From Gemmatimonadaceae bacterium (GTDB taxonomy: Bacteria; Gemmatimonadota; Gemmatimonadetes; Gemmatimonadales; Gemmatimonadaceae), in the NCBI GenBank assembly GCA_031380785.1, contig JANMWU010000429.1, positions 1-40,257 on the forward strand: a DNA stretch of 40,257 nt, given 5' to 3'. Position numbers and translations under genes: made by a program. The notes under the pieces were generated by a model. The model was given only the letters and a program-made list of their open reading frames with translations. It searched no databases and was not told where the DNA came from. How positions within the stretch are numbered: position 1 is the stretch's first letter; the number at the start of each line of letters is the position of its first letter. Below are positions 14,981-23,726 of the stretch, in pieces.

Positions 14981-15982
14981 ATGGCGCCAGACGCCTTCGT
15001 GCGCATCGACGATCGATGGTCGCTTGGCGGCCTCACGGTCATCTCGCTCGAGAATCGGTTCCTTCGGGTTGTGATCTGCCCTGCCCTCGGCGCTCGGGTG
15101 CTGCACTTCGAGCATCGCAGCGGCGGCACTGACCTGCTGTGGCACAATCCGCGCATCGAGCACCGTGCCGTACCGATCGGCAGCTGCTACGACGATAATT
15201 TTGCCGGTGGATGGGATGAGCTGTTTCCCAACGATCTGGCCGGCACAGTGGGCGGCGAAACGTATCCGGATCACGGTGAGCTCTGGTGTCAGCCTTGGCA
15301 CCATAAAATCGAATCCGTCAGTAGCGAATCCGTGACCGTTCGCCTGTGGCGTACTGGAGCCGTGACGACGACTACCGTCGAAAAGTGGGTCACACTTGTC
15401 GCCACCGAATCACAGTTGCGCTTCCGGCACCGCATCTCGAATCACGGCCCGCGCGCGCTCGATTTTCTGTGGAAGCTGCATCCAGCTTTGGCGATCGAGG
15501 CGGGCGATCGGATTGATGTGCCGGCAACGATGGCGGAGGCTGTGGATCCGTCATTCGGCCGCGTGGCAAACATAACGCCATTCCACTGGCCCGTCGGTGC
15601 GGATGAGCGCGGGGCTGCGATCGACTTGAGTGTCGTGCCGGCGCTCGACGGTACGCGCGATTTCGTCTACACACACGCACTGACAGATGGCTGGTGTGCA
15701 CTCCGCCGTACGCGACTCGACATCGGATTCGGTCTCGCATTCCCGACCAGTGTCTTCAACTCCGTCTGGCTCTTCATGACCTTCGGTGGATGGCGCGGAC
15801 TTTCGACCGTCGTGCTCGAGCCGTGCACGACAGTTCCAAAGGATCTCGCGGCGGCGATCCGCGCCGGAACGTCGAGGCATCTCGAACCCGGGCAGCATCT
15901 CGCGTGCGACGTGCGTGCGATTCTGTTTGAAGGCGCTGAATCGTTGACTGGATTCGGCGATAGCGGGCAACCACTGCGATGA
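14981..15982 (+). CDS. Galactose-mutarotase-like (aldose 1-epimerase fold) protein
   Basis: All-beta style sequence with features seen in mutarotase-like or DUF4432-type proteins (NFAGGWDELFPN, YPDHGELW, FLWKLHPAL). This is only a fold-level call. ATG at 14981 is used; the ORF track opens at TTG 14969. Confidence 0.55.
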   Translation: MAPDAFVRIDDRWSLGGLTVISLENRFLRVVICPALGARVLHFEHRSGGTDLLWHNPRIEHRAVPIGSCYDDNFAGGWDELFPNDLAGTVGGETYPDHGELWCQPWHHKIESVSSESVTVRLWRTGAVTTTTVEKWVTLVATESQLRFRHRISNHGPRALDFLWKLHPALAIEAGDRIDVPATMAEAVDPSFGRVANITPFHWPVGADERGAAIDLSVVPALDGTRDFVYTHALTDGWCALRRTRLDIGFGLAFPTSVFNSVWLFMTFGGWRGLSTVVLEPCTTVPKDLAAAIRAGTSRHLEPGQHLACDVRAILFEGAESLTGFGDSGQPLR

Positions 15983-16956
15983 CGGCGCCAATCTCTGCGA
16001 GCGTGCCGACGGCTGGCATCTCCACTGTGCTCACATCGCTGCTGCCCACGCTCGCATGTCCCGCGTGCCGAGCCGCGCTGGATCGCACGGGAGATGCCCT
16101 CACCTGCACGTCGTGTCTGCGCTCGTACGCGGTCAGCGGCGATGTCCCGATTCTTCTCGATGAGGAGTCGAAGTCGGAGATCGCGAGGTTCCGGCACGAC
16201 GCGGAGAACGTGCGACTCCGCCAACAACTGGCATCCGGAGGGCTCGCACGTCTGGTCGACGTCATTCGACCTCCGCACCCGTTTGCCTTTACGCGGCGTC
16301 GCGTCAATCACGCCAAACGGATCGCCTTCTCGCGTCTCGCCTCAACCAGTGCGGATGTGACGGTGCCGCGGTTTCTCGACATCGGCAGTGGCATACTCGG
16401 TGGCCTCAATCATTCTGGGCTGTCGCAGCATGTCCGCTCGCATTTGTTGCCCCTCGAAATTGCGCCGACCAGCGGCGTCGGCGTGGTGGGCGACGCGCAC
16501 AAACTTCCCTTTCGCGACGATAGCCTCGATGGCGCGTTGATTCAGGGCGTCCTCGAACATGTGCGCGACCCGATTCAGGTCGTAGAAGAGATTTTCCGCG
16601 CACTCAAGCCCGGCGCGCCGGTCTTTGCCGAAGTGCCGTTCATTCAGCACTATCATCTCGATCCGGTGGACTATCGACGCTGGACACACTACGGATTCGA
16701 GAAGCTCTTCGCCGGCTTCACGTGCGACGATGTCGGCGTCGCCGCAGGTCCTGCATCCGCACTGACTGACATGCTCACGGAGTTTCCTGCGCTGCTGTTT
16801 CGTTCTCCTGCGCTGTACTGGGGCGCGAAGCTGGTCAGCGGGTGGCTGTTCGCTCCGATCCAACTGCTCGACGCAGTCTGGGGTTCCGCACCGCGCGCGC
16901 ATGTGATGGCTGGGGCCGTCTATTTCTTGGGGCGCAAACCGGTGCGGCAGCCATGA
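15979..16956 (+). CDS. Class I SAM-dependent methyltransferase with N-terminal Trm112-like zinc ribbon
   Basis: The zinc ribbon is CPACRAALDRTGDALTCTSCLRSYAVSGDVPILL (CxxC...CxxC). Motif I is FLDIGSGILGG, followed by GDAHKLPFRDDSLDGALIQGVLEHVRDP (Methyltransf_11-like). ATGA overlap with the upstream stop. Confidence 0.8.
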   Translation: MTAPISASVPTAGISTVLTSLLPTLACPACRAALDRTGDALTCTSCLRSYAVSGDVPILLDEESKSEIARFRHDAENVRLRQQLASGGLARLVDVIRPPHPFAFTRRRVNHAKRIAFSRLASTSADVTVPRFLDIGSGILGGLNHSGLSQHVRSHLLPLEIAPTSGVGVVGDAHKLPFRDDSLDGALIQGVLEHVRDPIQVVEEIFRALKPGAPVFAEVPFIQHYHLDPVDYRRWTHYGFEKLFAGFTCDDVGVAAGPASALTDMLTEFPALLFRSPALYWGAKLVSGWLFAPIQLLDAVWGSAPRAHVMAGAVYFLGRKPVRQP

Positions 16957-17735
16957 GAGGCCTACGTGGGCGCATCGGCCTGGTCACTGGTGCCGCACAG
17001 GGGATTGGACGCGGCATCGCGTTGCGATTTGCCGAGGAAGGCATGTCCGTGGCGCTGGCTGACAAGAATGGAGAAGCGGTCCGGGCGGCCGCCGCAGAGA
17101 TCGCGGAGGAAACCGGCGCGACCACGTTGGCGCTCTCCGTCGACGTCAGTGACGAACACGCCGTACCACGCGCCATCGCGGCGTGCTGCACCGCCTTCGG
17201 CGGGATTGACGCGCTCGTGAACAACGCCGGCGTGGATGAGACCAGCGAACCGCAACTGATGACGCGCGCGGCGTGGAATCGGGTGCACGACGTCGATCTG
17301 TGGGGACCGATGCTCATCACGCGGGAAGCGCTCGATGCGCTGTCCGTGCGTGGCGGATCAATCGTGAACATCGCGTCTACGCACGCGTTCATCACACACG
17401 CGGGCCGTGCCGCATATGCGTCCGCGAAGGCCGGCGTGCTCGGTCTGACGCGGGCACTCGCGCTCGATCTGGGACCGCGTGGAGTACGCGTCAACGCCGT
17501 GCTGCCGGGCTATGTGCAGACTCCGATCTGGAAGCTGTGGCTCGACGACGCCTCGGACCCCGACGCACTCCTGCACAGGATCGCATCGTACCATCCCGTG
17601 CAGCGTGTCGGCACGCCCGCCGATGTCGCCGGACTCGTCGCCTTTCTCTGCAGCGATGACGCGAGTTTCATCACCGGGGGATCGTATCTCGTCGATGGCG
17701 GCTACACCGTGCAGGCGCACACGCCAGAGCCGTGA
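16953..17735 (+). CDS. Classical short-chain dehydrogenase/reductase (FabG-like)
   Basis: MRGLRGRIGLVTGAAQGIGRGIA (TGxxxGIG), NNAG, and the catalytic YASAK motif. The start was chosen at the ATG that overlaps the upstream TGA (ATGA); the longer ORF-track start at 16842 was rejected. Confidence 0.9.
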   Translation: MRGLRGRIGLVTGAAQGIGRGIALRFAEEGMSVALADKNGEAVRAAAAEIAEETGATTLALSVDVSDEHAVPRAIAACCTAFGGIDALVNNAGVDETSEPQLMTRAAWNRVHDVDLWGPMLITREALDALSVRGGSIVNIASTHAFITHAGRAAYASAKAGVLGLTRALALDLGPRGVRVNAVLPGYVQTPIWKLWLDDASDPDALLHRIASYHPVQRVGTPADVAGLVAFLCSDDASFITGGSYLVDGGYTVQAHTPEP

Positions 17736-18715
17736 CAGAGTCATCCGGCATCTGGCGCGGTCAAAGGGCACTCGTGACCGGCGGCCTTGGTTTCATCGGA
17801 AACGCCGTGGTGCGTCAGCTCGTGGCGGCCGGCGCGCATGTTCGCGTACTGGATGCGCTTCTGCCGCAAGGCGGTGGCAGCCCGCGCCACCTGCGAGGCG
17901 TCTCGTCCGAAATCGATGTGATCATCGACGATACCCGATCGCGGGATGCCGTGGATCGCGCCGTCCGCGAGTGCGATGTCGTGTTTCACCTTGCGGGCCA
18001 TGCAGGTTTTTCGGCGTTCGCTCCCGATTGGTACTCGGAAATCGACTCGGCGCTCCTCGGCACGCTGAATGTGCTCGAAGCCGTACGCGTACACTCGCCG
18101 CGCGCGCGGGTGGTGTTTGGCAGCGCACTCGGCGTGTACGGTCGACCTGAGCACGCCCACGTCGCTGAAACAGCGCGAACGGAGCCACTAACGCTTTTCG
18201 GTGTGCACAAGCTGGCCGGAGAGAAATACTGCAGCGTGTATCACACGCAACATGGCGTACGCACCGTGTCAGCGCGGATTGCGTGGCTGTTCGGCCCGCG
18301 GCAACGCCTCAGCGGAGCGGCCAACGGCACCATTGCGAACGCCCTTGACGCCGCAATTCACGGTGAGGTCATTCGCCTGCCCGACGATGGGGCGCCGTTA
18401 CTCGACGTGCTGCACGTCGACGACGCGGCGTCTGCGCTTCTCGCGATTGCGCAGGCCCCGTCGCACATTGATGGTGGGTTGATTAACGTCGGGCGCGGCG
18501 AGGGCGTGACCTTGCGATCGATCGCCGAGCAACTGGTTGCCGCCGTCGGCAGTGGTGAAATCCGGGAATTGCCCGCCGCCGGTGGACAGGGTGCCAGCGT
18601 GGTGACTGACATCACGCGTCTCCGCCGCATTGAACCGACGTGGCAGCCGCTTGCGCTCGACATCGCGCTCGCGCAGACGGTGCGCTGGTATCGCGGCGAC
18701 GACGATGCTGCATAG
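17732..18715 (+). CDS. Extended SDR, NAD-dependent epimerase/dehydratase family, with non-canonical FxxxK motif
   Basis: ALVTGGLGFIGNAV (GxxGxxG) and GSALGVYG are present. The position of the usual PYGxSK motif reads LFGVHKLAGE (TTC codon at 18197-18199). GTGA overlap with the upstream stop. Confidence 0.85.
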   Translation: MTESSGIWRGQRALVTGGLGFIGNAVVRQLVAAGAHVRVLDALLPQGGGSPRHLRGVSSEIDVIIDDTRSRDAVDRAVRECDVVFHLAGHAGFSAFAPDWYSEIDSALLGTLNVLEAVRVHSPRARVVFGSALGVYGRPEHAHVAETARTEPLTLFGVHKLAGEKYCSVYHTQHGVRTVSARIAWLFGPRQRLSGAANGTIANALDAAIHGEVIRLPDDGAPLLDVLHVDDAASALLAIAQAPSHIDGGLINVGRGEGVTLRSIAEQLVAAVGSGEIRELPAAGGQGASVVTDITRLRRIEPTWQPLALDIALAQTVRWYRGDDDAA

Positions 18716-19316
18716 CCTGCAACGGAGTGCATTTCTGCGACCGCGTGAGCGCCTCTACGAAATGCTCGCGCTCCAGCAGCTCGCGCTCGGCGTGCACGAT
18801 GGTGCGGCGGCGGGCTCCGAACGCATCGCCGACCAGCGCACCATGGCGGGCCACCTTCAGGAGTTGCTGCAGCAAGGCCTGGTGGTGGCCACGAACACCG
18901 TGGATCGCGCGGAGTACGCGCTCACTGACGCAGGCAAGCGTCGTCTGCGCATGCTGACAATCGACCTCGCGCGCGAACTCGAATCGTTGCAGGATGCGAC
19001 GCGCGCGATGATTCGTGCGGCTCTGGTGCCGCTCGCGCTCGACGGCGTGCGACGTGTGGTGTTCTATCCGTTCGGCGAGACTGCAGAAATGGCGTACACC
19101 GTCGTGACAGGTCTTGGCCTCGACGTGGTGGGGATCGTCGACGACTCGCCGCGAAAGTGGGGCGTGCGCTTTCACGGCCTGCAGGTGCTGCCGGCGACGA
19201 CGCTTCCATCATTGGCGCCGGATGCGGTCCTGGTGACGTCGGCCGTGTTTCAGGAAGCGATACTGACGAAGTTGCGAGCGTTGCCGCTCGAGGGCGTTCG
19301 CATTCATATTCTGTGA
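18705..19316 (+). CDS. Putative regulator: winged-helix DNA-binding domain + Rossmann-like (CoA_binding_3 / Rex-C-like) domain
   Basis: 203 aa from the ATG at 18705. The N-terminal half (LYEMLALQQLA...IADQRTMAGHLQELLQQGLVVATNTVDRAEYALTDAGKRRL) looks like a MarR/PadR-type wHTH. The C-terminal half (RRVVFYPFGETAEMAYTVVTGLGLDVVGIVDDSPRKWGVRFHGLQVLPATTLPSLAPDAVLVTS) follows the IiGaG..a......g...vGflDDdp.k.G..i.g.pVlg pattern seen in PglF/WbaP/Rex Rossmann modules, but it lacks GxGxxG. Confidence 0.55.
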   Translation: MLHSLQRSAFLRPRERLYEMLALQQLALGVHDGAAAGSERIADQRTMAGHLQELLQQGLVVATNTVDRAEYALTDAGKRRLRMLTIDLARELESLQDATRAMIRAALVPLALDGVRRVVFYPFGETAEMAYTVVTGLGLDVVGIVDDSPRKWGVRFHGLQVLPATTLPSLAPDAVLVTSAVFQEAILTKLRALPLEGVRIHIL

Positions 19317-21496
19317 CGCGCATCGATGGCGGTCTGCTCGCGCCACACGCCGCGCTCGACGGCGACGCGCTGCGCATCACCTGGACGAGTGAGACGGGGG
19401 AACGCGTCGGGCACGCCTGCATCGCGGTCGCCGTTACGCAGCGCCATGGAGCGCGGACGACGCGAGCCAGCTGGACACGGTCGAGCGATGCCGGCGGCGC
19501 GCGCACCAGCTGCGACGCCTGCGATGTGACGGTACGCTGGCAGCCGGTACGCGGCGGCTATCTGCTGCTCGCGACGCTGTCGAATGTCGGCACGAAAACC
19601 GTCGAACTCGAAGAATTCGAATTGGAGCTGTCCGAACTGTCCTCGTTCTGGTCGGCCGATGCGCACGTCAGCGGAACGCACATCGCGTATTGTGGCGCAC
19701 ATTCGCGCTCATCATCGAGTCGCAGCTACGTCGTCCCGCTCGACACCGACGCGTCACTCGACTCGTGGTGGGTCGGCGCCGTGAGTGGCGCACTCGGGCC
19801 GGGCATCGTGTGCGGCGGTGCTGCACCGGTCAGATTCGTGACCTGTGTTCGCGTCCGTCGCGACAGCTTGTGCGCCTGCAGCCCGCTGGAAGGGTGGACG
19901 CTGAAGGTGGGCGAAATTGTGACGCTCGACCCGGTGTGGATCGGTGCCACAGGCGATGCACCACATGTTGCGCTCGAGCGCTTTGCCGACGTACTCGGCA
20001 CCGCGCAGCATGCGCGTCAGGGGGCATCGCCATCGGGCTGGGGAAGCTGGGGCCACTGGCTCGAGCGTATCGACGTGGGACTGATGCGCGAAATGGTGCA
20101 TGCGATCGATGGCAGTGATGCGCTGCGCAGCGTGATAGACGTCGTGCAGATCGACGATGGTTGGTCCGAACTCCTCGAGTCGCGGCGCGTGTCTGCCAGT
20201 TGGCGACCGAACGGTCGCTTCCCATCCGGCCTCGCGCCGCTGGCCGCCGAAATCGCGCAGACCGGACGACGATGCGGGCTTTGGCTCTTGCCGTTCACGC
20301 TGAACGCCGGGTCACCTATCGTCGAGACCCATCCGGAATGGCTGGTGCAAGATGCCGACGGGGTGCCGATGCGCGTCGGTGGGAGCGATGCGTACTGCCT
20401 CGATCCAACGCATCCAGGCGGCGCGGCATGGATCACCGCACTGCTCGAGCGGATCCGCGACTGGGGTGTCGACTACGTCAAGCTGGATTTCCTCCGTGCG
20501 TTGCTGGCTCCTGATCCCGCCGATCCGCACGACAACTTTCGGGTCACCCGTCGATACCACGCTGCGACAACGCGCCTGGAAGCATATCGGATCGGGCTAT
20601 CGGTCATCCGTCGAGCGCTCGGCAACGACACGACGATCGTCGCCTGCTCGGCTCCCGCCGGTGCAGGAGTGGGAATCGTGGATTGCCATCGCGTGGGACC
20701 TGACATCGAGCGGCAATGGACTGGCAAGCTCGCCGGTGTGCTGGACGCGGCGCGCGCGGTCGCGACGAATTGGTTCTGGCATGGGCGCACTTGGGTCAAT
20801 GATCCGGACTATCTGCTGGCGTGTGAATCCGAACCGCTGACGAGATTCTGGGCGTCGATCGTTGCCCTGTCCGGTGGCTCTGTCATACTGAGCGCCGACC
20901 TGAGCACGCTGGCGCCGTGGGCCGAAACGATGCTCGCGTTTGTGATGCCGCCGATCGGCCGCTCGGCGCGACCGCTCGACCTGTTTTCGAGTGGCCCGGA
21001 CCCGCGGCGCTGGGCGCTGCCGTTCGAGCGCGGAGCAGAGCGATGGACGATGCTTGGCCTGTTCAACTGGGGTGAACGGCCAACCACCGAGCGTGTGTCG
21101 ACATGTGAACTCGGATTTGCACACGCCGTGCATGTGTGGGATGCATGGCGACTTCGGCACACGATCGCGTTGCACACCCTCGCTGTGCCTCTGGAACCGG
21201 AATCGGCGGCGCTCCTCCGCCTGACACCCGTGACCGCAATGCCGACCGTCGTCGGGACCGATGTACACTGGGCGCAGGGATGGCACGAGTTCGTACTCAT
21301 TCGGTTCGAAGAGGATTCCGGCAAACTGATTCTTGAGGTGGCTGGCGACTGTCCGCGCGACGGACGCGCGTGGGTCTGGGTACCGCCCGACTGGTCACTG
21401 GTGCATGAAACTTCGTCGACACTGGACGGACTCGTGAGCATCCCACTGGCCCCGGGCCGCACGACCGTAGCTATCTTTCGCCGAGTTTTGTTGTGA
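19313..21496 (+). CDS. Glycoside hydrolase clan GH-D (GH36/GH27-like alpha-galactosidase/melibiase fold), no signal peptide
   Basis: Motifs seen: VVQIDDGW, GVDYVKLDFL (KxD nucleophile context), CHRVGPDI (acid/base context, cf. RxSxDI) and TWVNDPDYL (cf. NDPDML). The start was chosen at GTG 19313, which overlaps the upstream TGA; the ORF-track start at 19157 lies inside the previous gene. Confidence 0.8.
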   Translation: MTRIDGGLLAPHAALDGDALRITWTSETGERVGHACIAVAVTQRHGARTTRASWTRSSDAGGARTSCDACDVTVRWQPVRGGYLLLATLSNVGTKTVELEEFELELSELSSFWSADAHVSGTHIAYCGAHSRSSSSRSYVVPLDTDASLDSWWVGAVSGALGPGIVCGGAAPVRFVTCVRVRRDSLCACSPLEGWTLKVGEIVTLDPVWIGATGDAPHVALERFADVLGTAQHARQGASPSGWGSWGHWLERIDVGLMREMVHAIDGSDALRSVIDVVQIDDGWSELLESRRVSASWRPNGRFPSGLAPLAAEIAQTGRRCGLWLLPFTLNAGSPIVETHPEWLVQDADGVPMRVGGSDAYCLDPTHPGGAAWITALLERIRDWGVDYVKLDFLRALLAPDPADPHDNFRVTRRYHAATTRLEAYRIGLSVIRRALGNDTTIVACSAPAGAGVGIVDCHRVGPDIERQWTGKLAGVLDAARAVATNWFWHGRTWVNDPDYLLACESEPLTRFWASIVALSGGSVILSADLSTLAPWAETMLAFVMPPIGRSARPLDLFSSGPDPRRWALPFERGAERWTMLGLFNWGERPTTERVSTCELGFAHAVHVWDAWRLRHTIALHTLAVPLEPESAALLRLTPVTAMPTVVGTDVHWAQGWHEFVLIRFEEDSGKLILEVAGDCPRDGRAWVWVPPDWSLVHETSSTLDGLVSIPLAPGRTTVAIFRRVLL

Positions 21497-21638
21497 ACTC
21501 GCGCGTCCTGCCGCACAAATGTGGCCGAGCGGAGGCTGGTGACAGCGGGAGTCGGGGCGGCAGCGTCTTCAGTGTGGCGCGAACAATCCGAGGGCCGCAC
21601 CGCGATTCGCCCGCTTCACTTCCGGATCACTCAGCTTC

Positions 21639-22940
21639 ATGACCGTTCGCGGCAAGCGTTTACTCATTCTCGGTGGCAACCCCGAGACCGCCGCGTTGGT
21701 GCGCCACGCCAGCGCAATGGGCGTGGTCACGCTTGTCGTCGATCCGAACCCCGATGCGCCCGCGAAGCGTGACGCCGCAGAGAGTTACGATGTGGACGGG
21801 CGCGACGTGCCCGCGCTCATCGACCTTGCAAGGCGCGTCGGCGCGGACGGTGTGCTTGTGGGCGTGGCCGACATTCTCGTCGGTGCCTACAAGGAAGTGT
21901 GCGAGGCACTCGGATTCCCATGTTACGCCAACGCGCGCACGGTGGAAGCATTCACGACGAAGGACGGATTCCAATCCGCATGCAGAACCTTCGGCATCGC
22001 GTGCATTCCCTCTTTCACGCTCAGCGCGTCACTCTCGAAAGCGGACGTGGAAGCGCTCCAGTTCCCCATCATGCTTAAACCCGTCGACAACGGCGGCGGT
22101 GTCGGCATGGTTGTCTGCGAGAACAGTCAAGAGTTGCGTTCAGGCGTCGATTTTGCCCTGCGTCACTCCAAGCGTGGCGCGTTCCTCGCGGAACGATACA
22201 TGACGTGCGATGACGTGTTCACGTACTACACCTTCAAGGACGGAGCAGTGTATCTGTCCGCGATGGCCGATCGGATTACGACGCGGGTTCAGGGAAAGAC
22301 GAGCCCAGTTTGCCTCGCGGCGTCCTATCCGTCCCACCATCTCGAAGCGTACCTCGCGACTGTTCATCCCAGAATGTGCCGAATGTTCGAAGGCCTCGGC
22401 GTGCGCGACGGAGTTCTCAACGTGCAGTTCTTCGTTAACGGGGACAATTTTTTTGCGTACGACCCAGGCTTCCGACTTCAGGGGGAGGCGCCACACATCG
22501 TGATCAACGCCGTCAACGGGTTTGATCATCGCAGCATGCTCGTGGAGTTTGCGCTGACGGGACAAATGGGTGACGTAGACCTCACCGTGGCGAATGATCC
22601 GCGACTACGAGGGAACCGTGCGTGCACCGTGTGGTTTCTGCTGAAGGCTGGAACGGTCGCGCGGATCGACGGGCTCGATGCGGTACGCCGCGACCCATCT
22701 GTGGCATTCGTCCTGCAACGCTTCGGCGAGGGGGACGTCGTCACACCCGCGATGGTAGGGACCGAACGTCAGGTGCTCGCCCGAGTATACGTGATCGCTG
22801 CGTCAGATCTGGCGCTGGCGGACACGGTCGCGGGAATCCAACGCGTGGTACAGGCATTCGACGCCGACGGCCAGGACATGCTTGTGGACCGGGTCGACAC
22901 AGCGCAGCTCATGACGATCTCTGACGGTGACGCAAAGTGA
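21639..22940 (+). CDS. ATP-grasp family carboxylate-amine/thiol ligase
   Basis: 433 aa. It has a pre-ATP-grasp Rossmann start (KRLLILGGNPETAALVRHASAMGVVTLVVDPNP), then KDGFQSACRTFGIACIPS, FPIMLKPVDNGGGVGMVVC, AFLAERYM and VLNVQFFVNGDNFFAYDPGFRLQG, as expected for an ATP-grasp core. Confidence 0.8.
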   Translation: MTVRGKRLLILGGNPETAALVRHASAMGVVTLVVDPNPDAPAKRDAAESYDVDGRDVPALIDLARRVGADGVLVGVADILVGAYKEVCEALGFPCYANARTVEAFTTKDGFQSACRTFGIACIPSFTLSASLSKADVEALQFPIMLKPVDNGGGVGMVVCENSQELRSGVDFALRHSKRGAFLAERYMTCDDVFTYYTFKDGAVYLSAMADRITTRVQGKTSPVCLAASYPSHHLEAYLATVHPRMCRMFEGLGVRDGVLNVQFFVNGDNFFAYDPGFRLQGEAPHIVINAVNGFDHRSMLVEFALTGQMGDVDLTVANDPRLRGNRACTVWFLLKAGTVARIDGLDAVRRDPSVAFVLQRFGEGDVVTPAMVGTERQVLARVYVIAASDLALADTVAGIQRVVQAFDADGQDMLVDRVDTAQLMTISDGDAK

Positions 22941-23701
22941 CGGCGGAAGGCGCCCTGACGCTCGCAGGACGCTGCGCACTGGTCACCGGAGGCACGCGGA
23001 ATCTCGGTCGCGCGATTGTGGAGCGGTTCGCGGCATGCGGTGTGCGCGTTGCCGTACTCGGGCGCCAAGCCGATAACGCGACAAGCGTCGTTGCCGAGAT
23101 CCGTGAGCGAGGGGGCGAGGCGATCGGATTGAAGTGCGATGTCACCGATCGCGAGTCTGTTGCCGACGCAGTCGGGCGCACGGTTGCCGAGTTCGGGAGC
23201 CTCGATATCGTCGTCAACAGCGCCGGCGTGCTCGACATGATCCCCGTGCGCGATATGACGGTCGAACACTGGGACCACGTCCTGGCCGTGAATCTCCGGG
23301 GCACCTTCTCGGTGATTCAGGAGTCGCTGCCGTACCTCGCGGCGAGCCGCGCCGGTCGTGTCATCAACCTGTCATCGAACTCGGGTCGTATGGGCGGCTT
23401 CGAGAACGGAATGGCGTACAGCGCATCGAAGGGCGGCGTTATCGCTCTCACCTATGGTCTTGCGCGACAACTCGCGCCGCAGCGGATCACAGTCAACTGC
23501 ATCGCACCGGGGACCATCGATTCAGACATGCTGCGTGCCCGTGACGAGCCGACACGCGTGCGACTGCTGGCGCGATTCCCACTGGGCCGCTTCGGCACCG
23601 CAGCCGAAGTAGCGGCTGCGGCCTGCTACTTCGCGAGTGAAGAAGCCGCGTTCACGACGGGCGCGGTGCTCGACGTGAACGGCGGGCTCTTCATGGGATA
23701 G
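22937..23701 (+). CDS. Classical SDR oxidoreductase (FabG-like)
   Basis: ALVTGGTRNLGRAI, NSAG, the catalytic YSASKGG motif and PGTIDSDM. GTGA overlap with the upstream stop. Confidence 0.9.
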   Translation: MTAEGALTLAGRCALVTGGTRNLGRAIVERFAACGVRVAVLGRQADNATSVVAEIRERGGEAIGLKCDVTDRESVADAVGRTVAEFGSLDIVVNSAGVLDMIPVRDMTVEHWDHVLAVNLRGTFSVIQESLPYLAASRAGRVINLSSNSGRMGGFENGMAYSASKGGVIALTYGLARQLAPQRITVNCIAPGTIDSDMLRARDEPTRVRLLARFPLGRFGTAAEVAAAACYFASEEAAFTTGAVLDVNGGLFMG

Positions 23702-23726
23702 CGTGAACTCCACTCAAGGATTCTTT

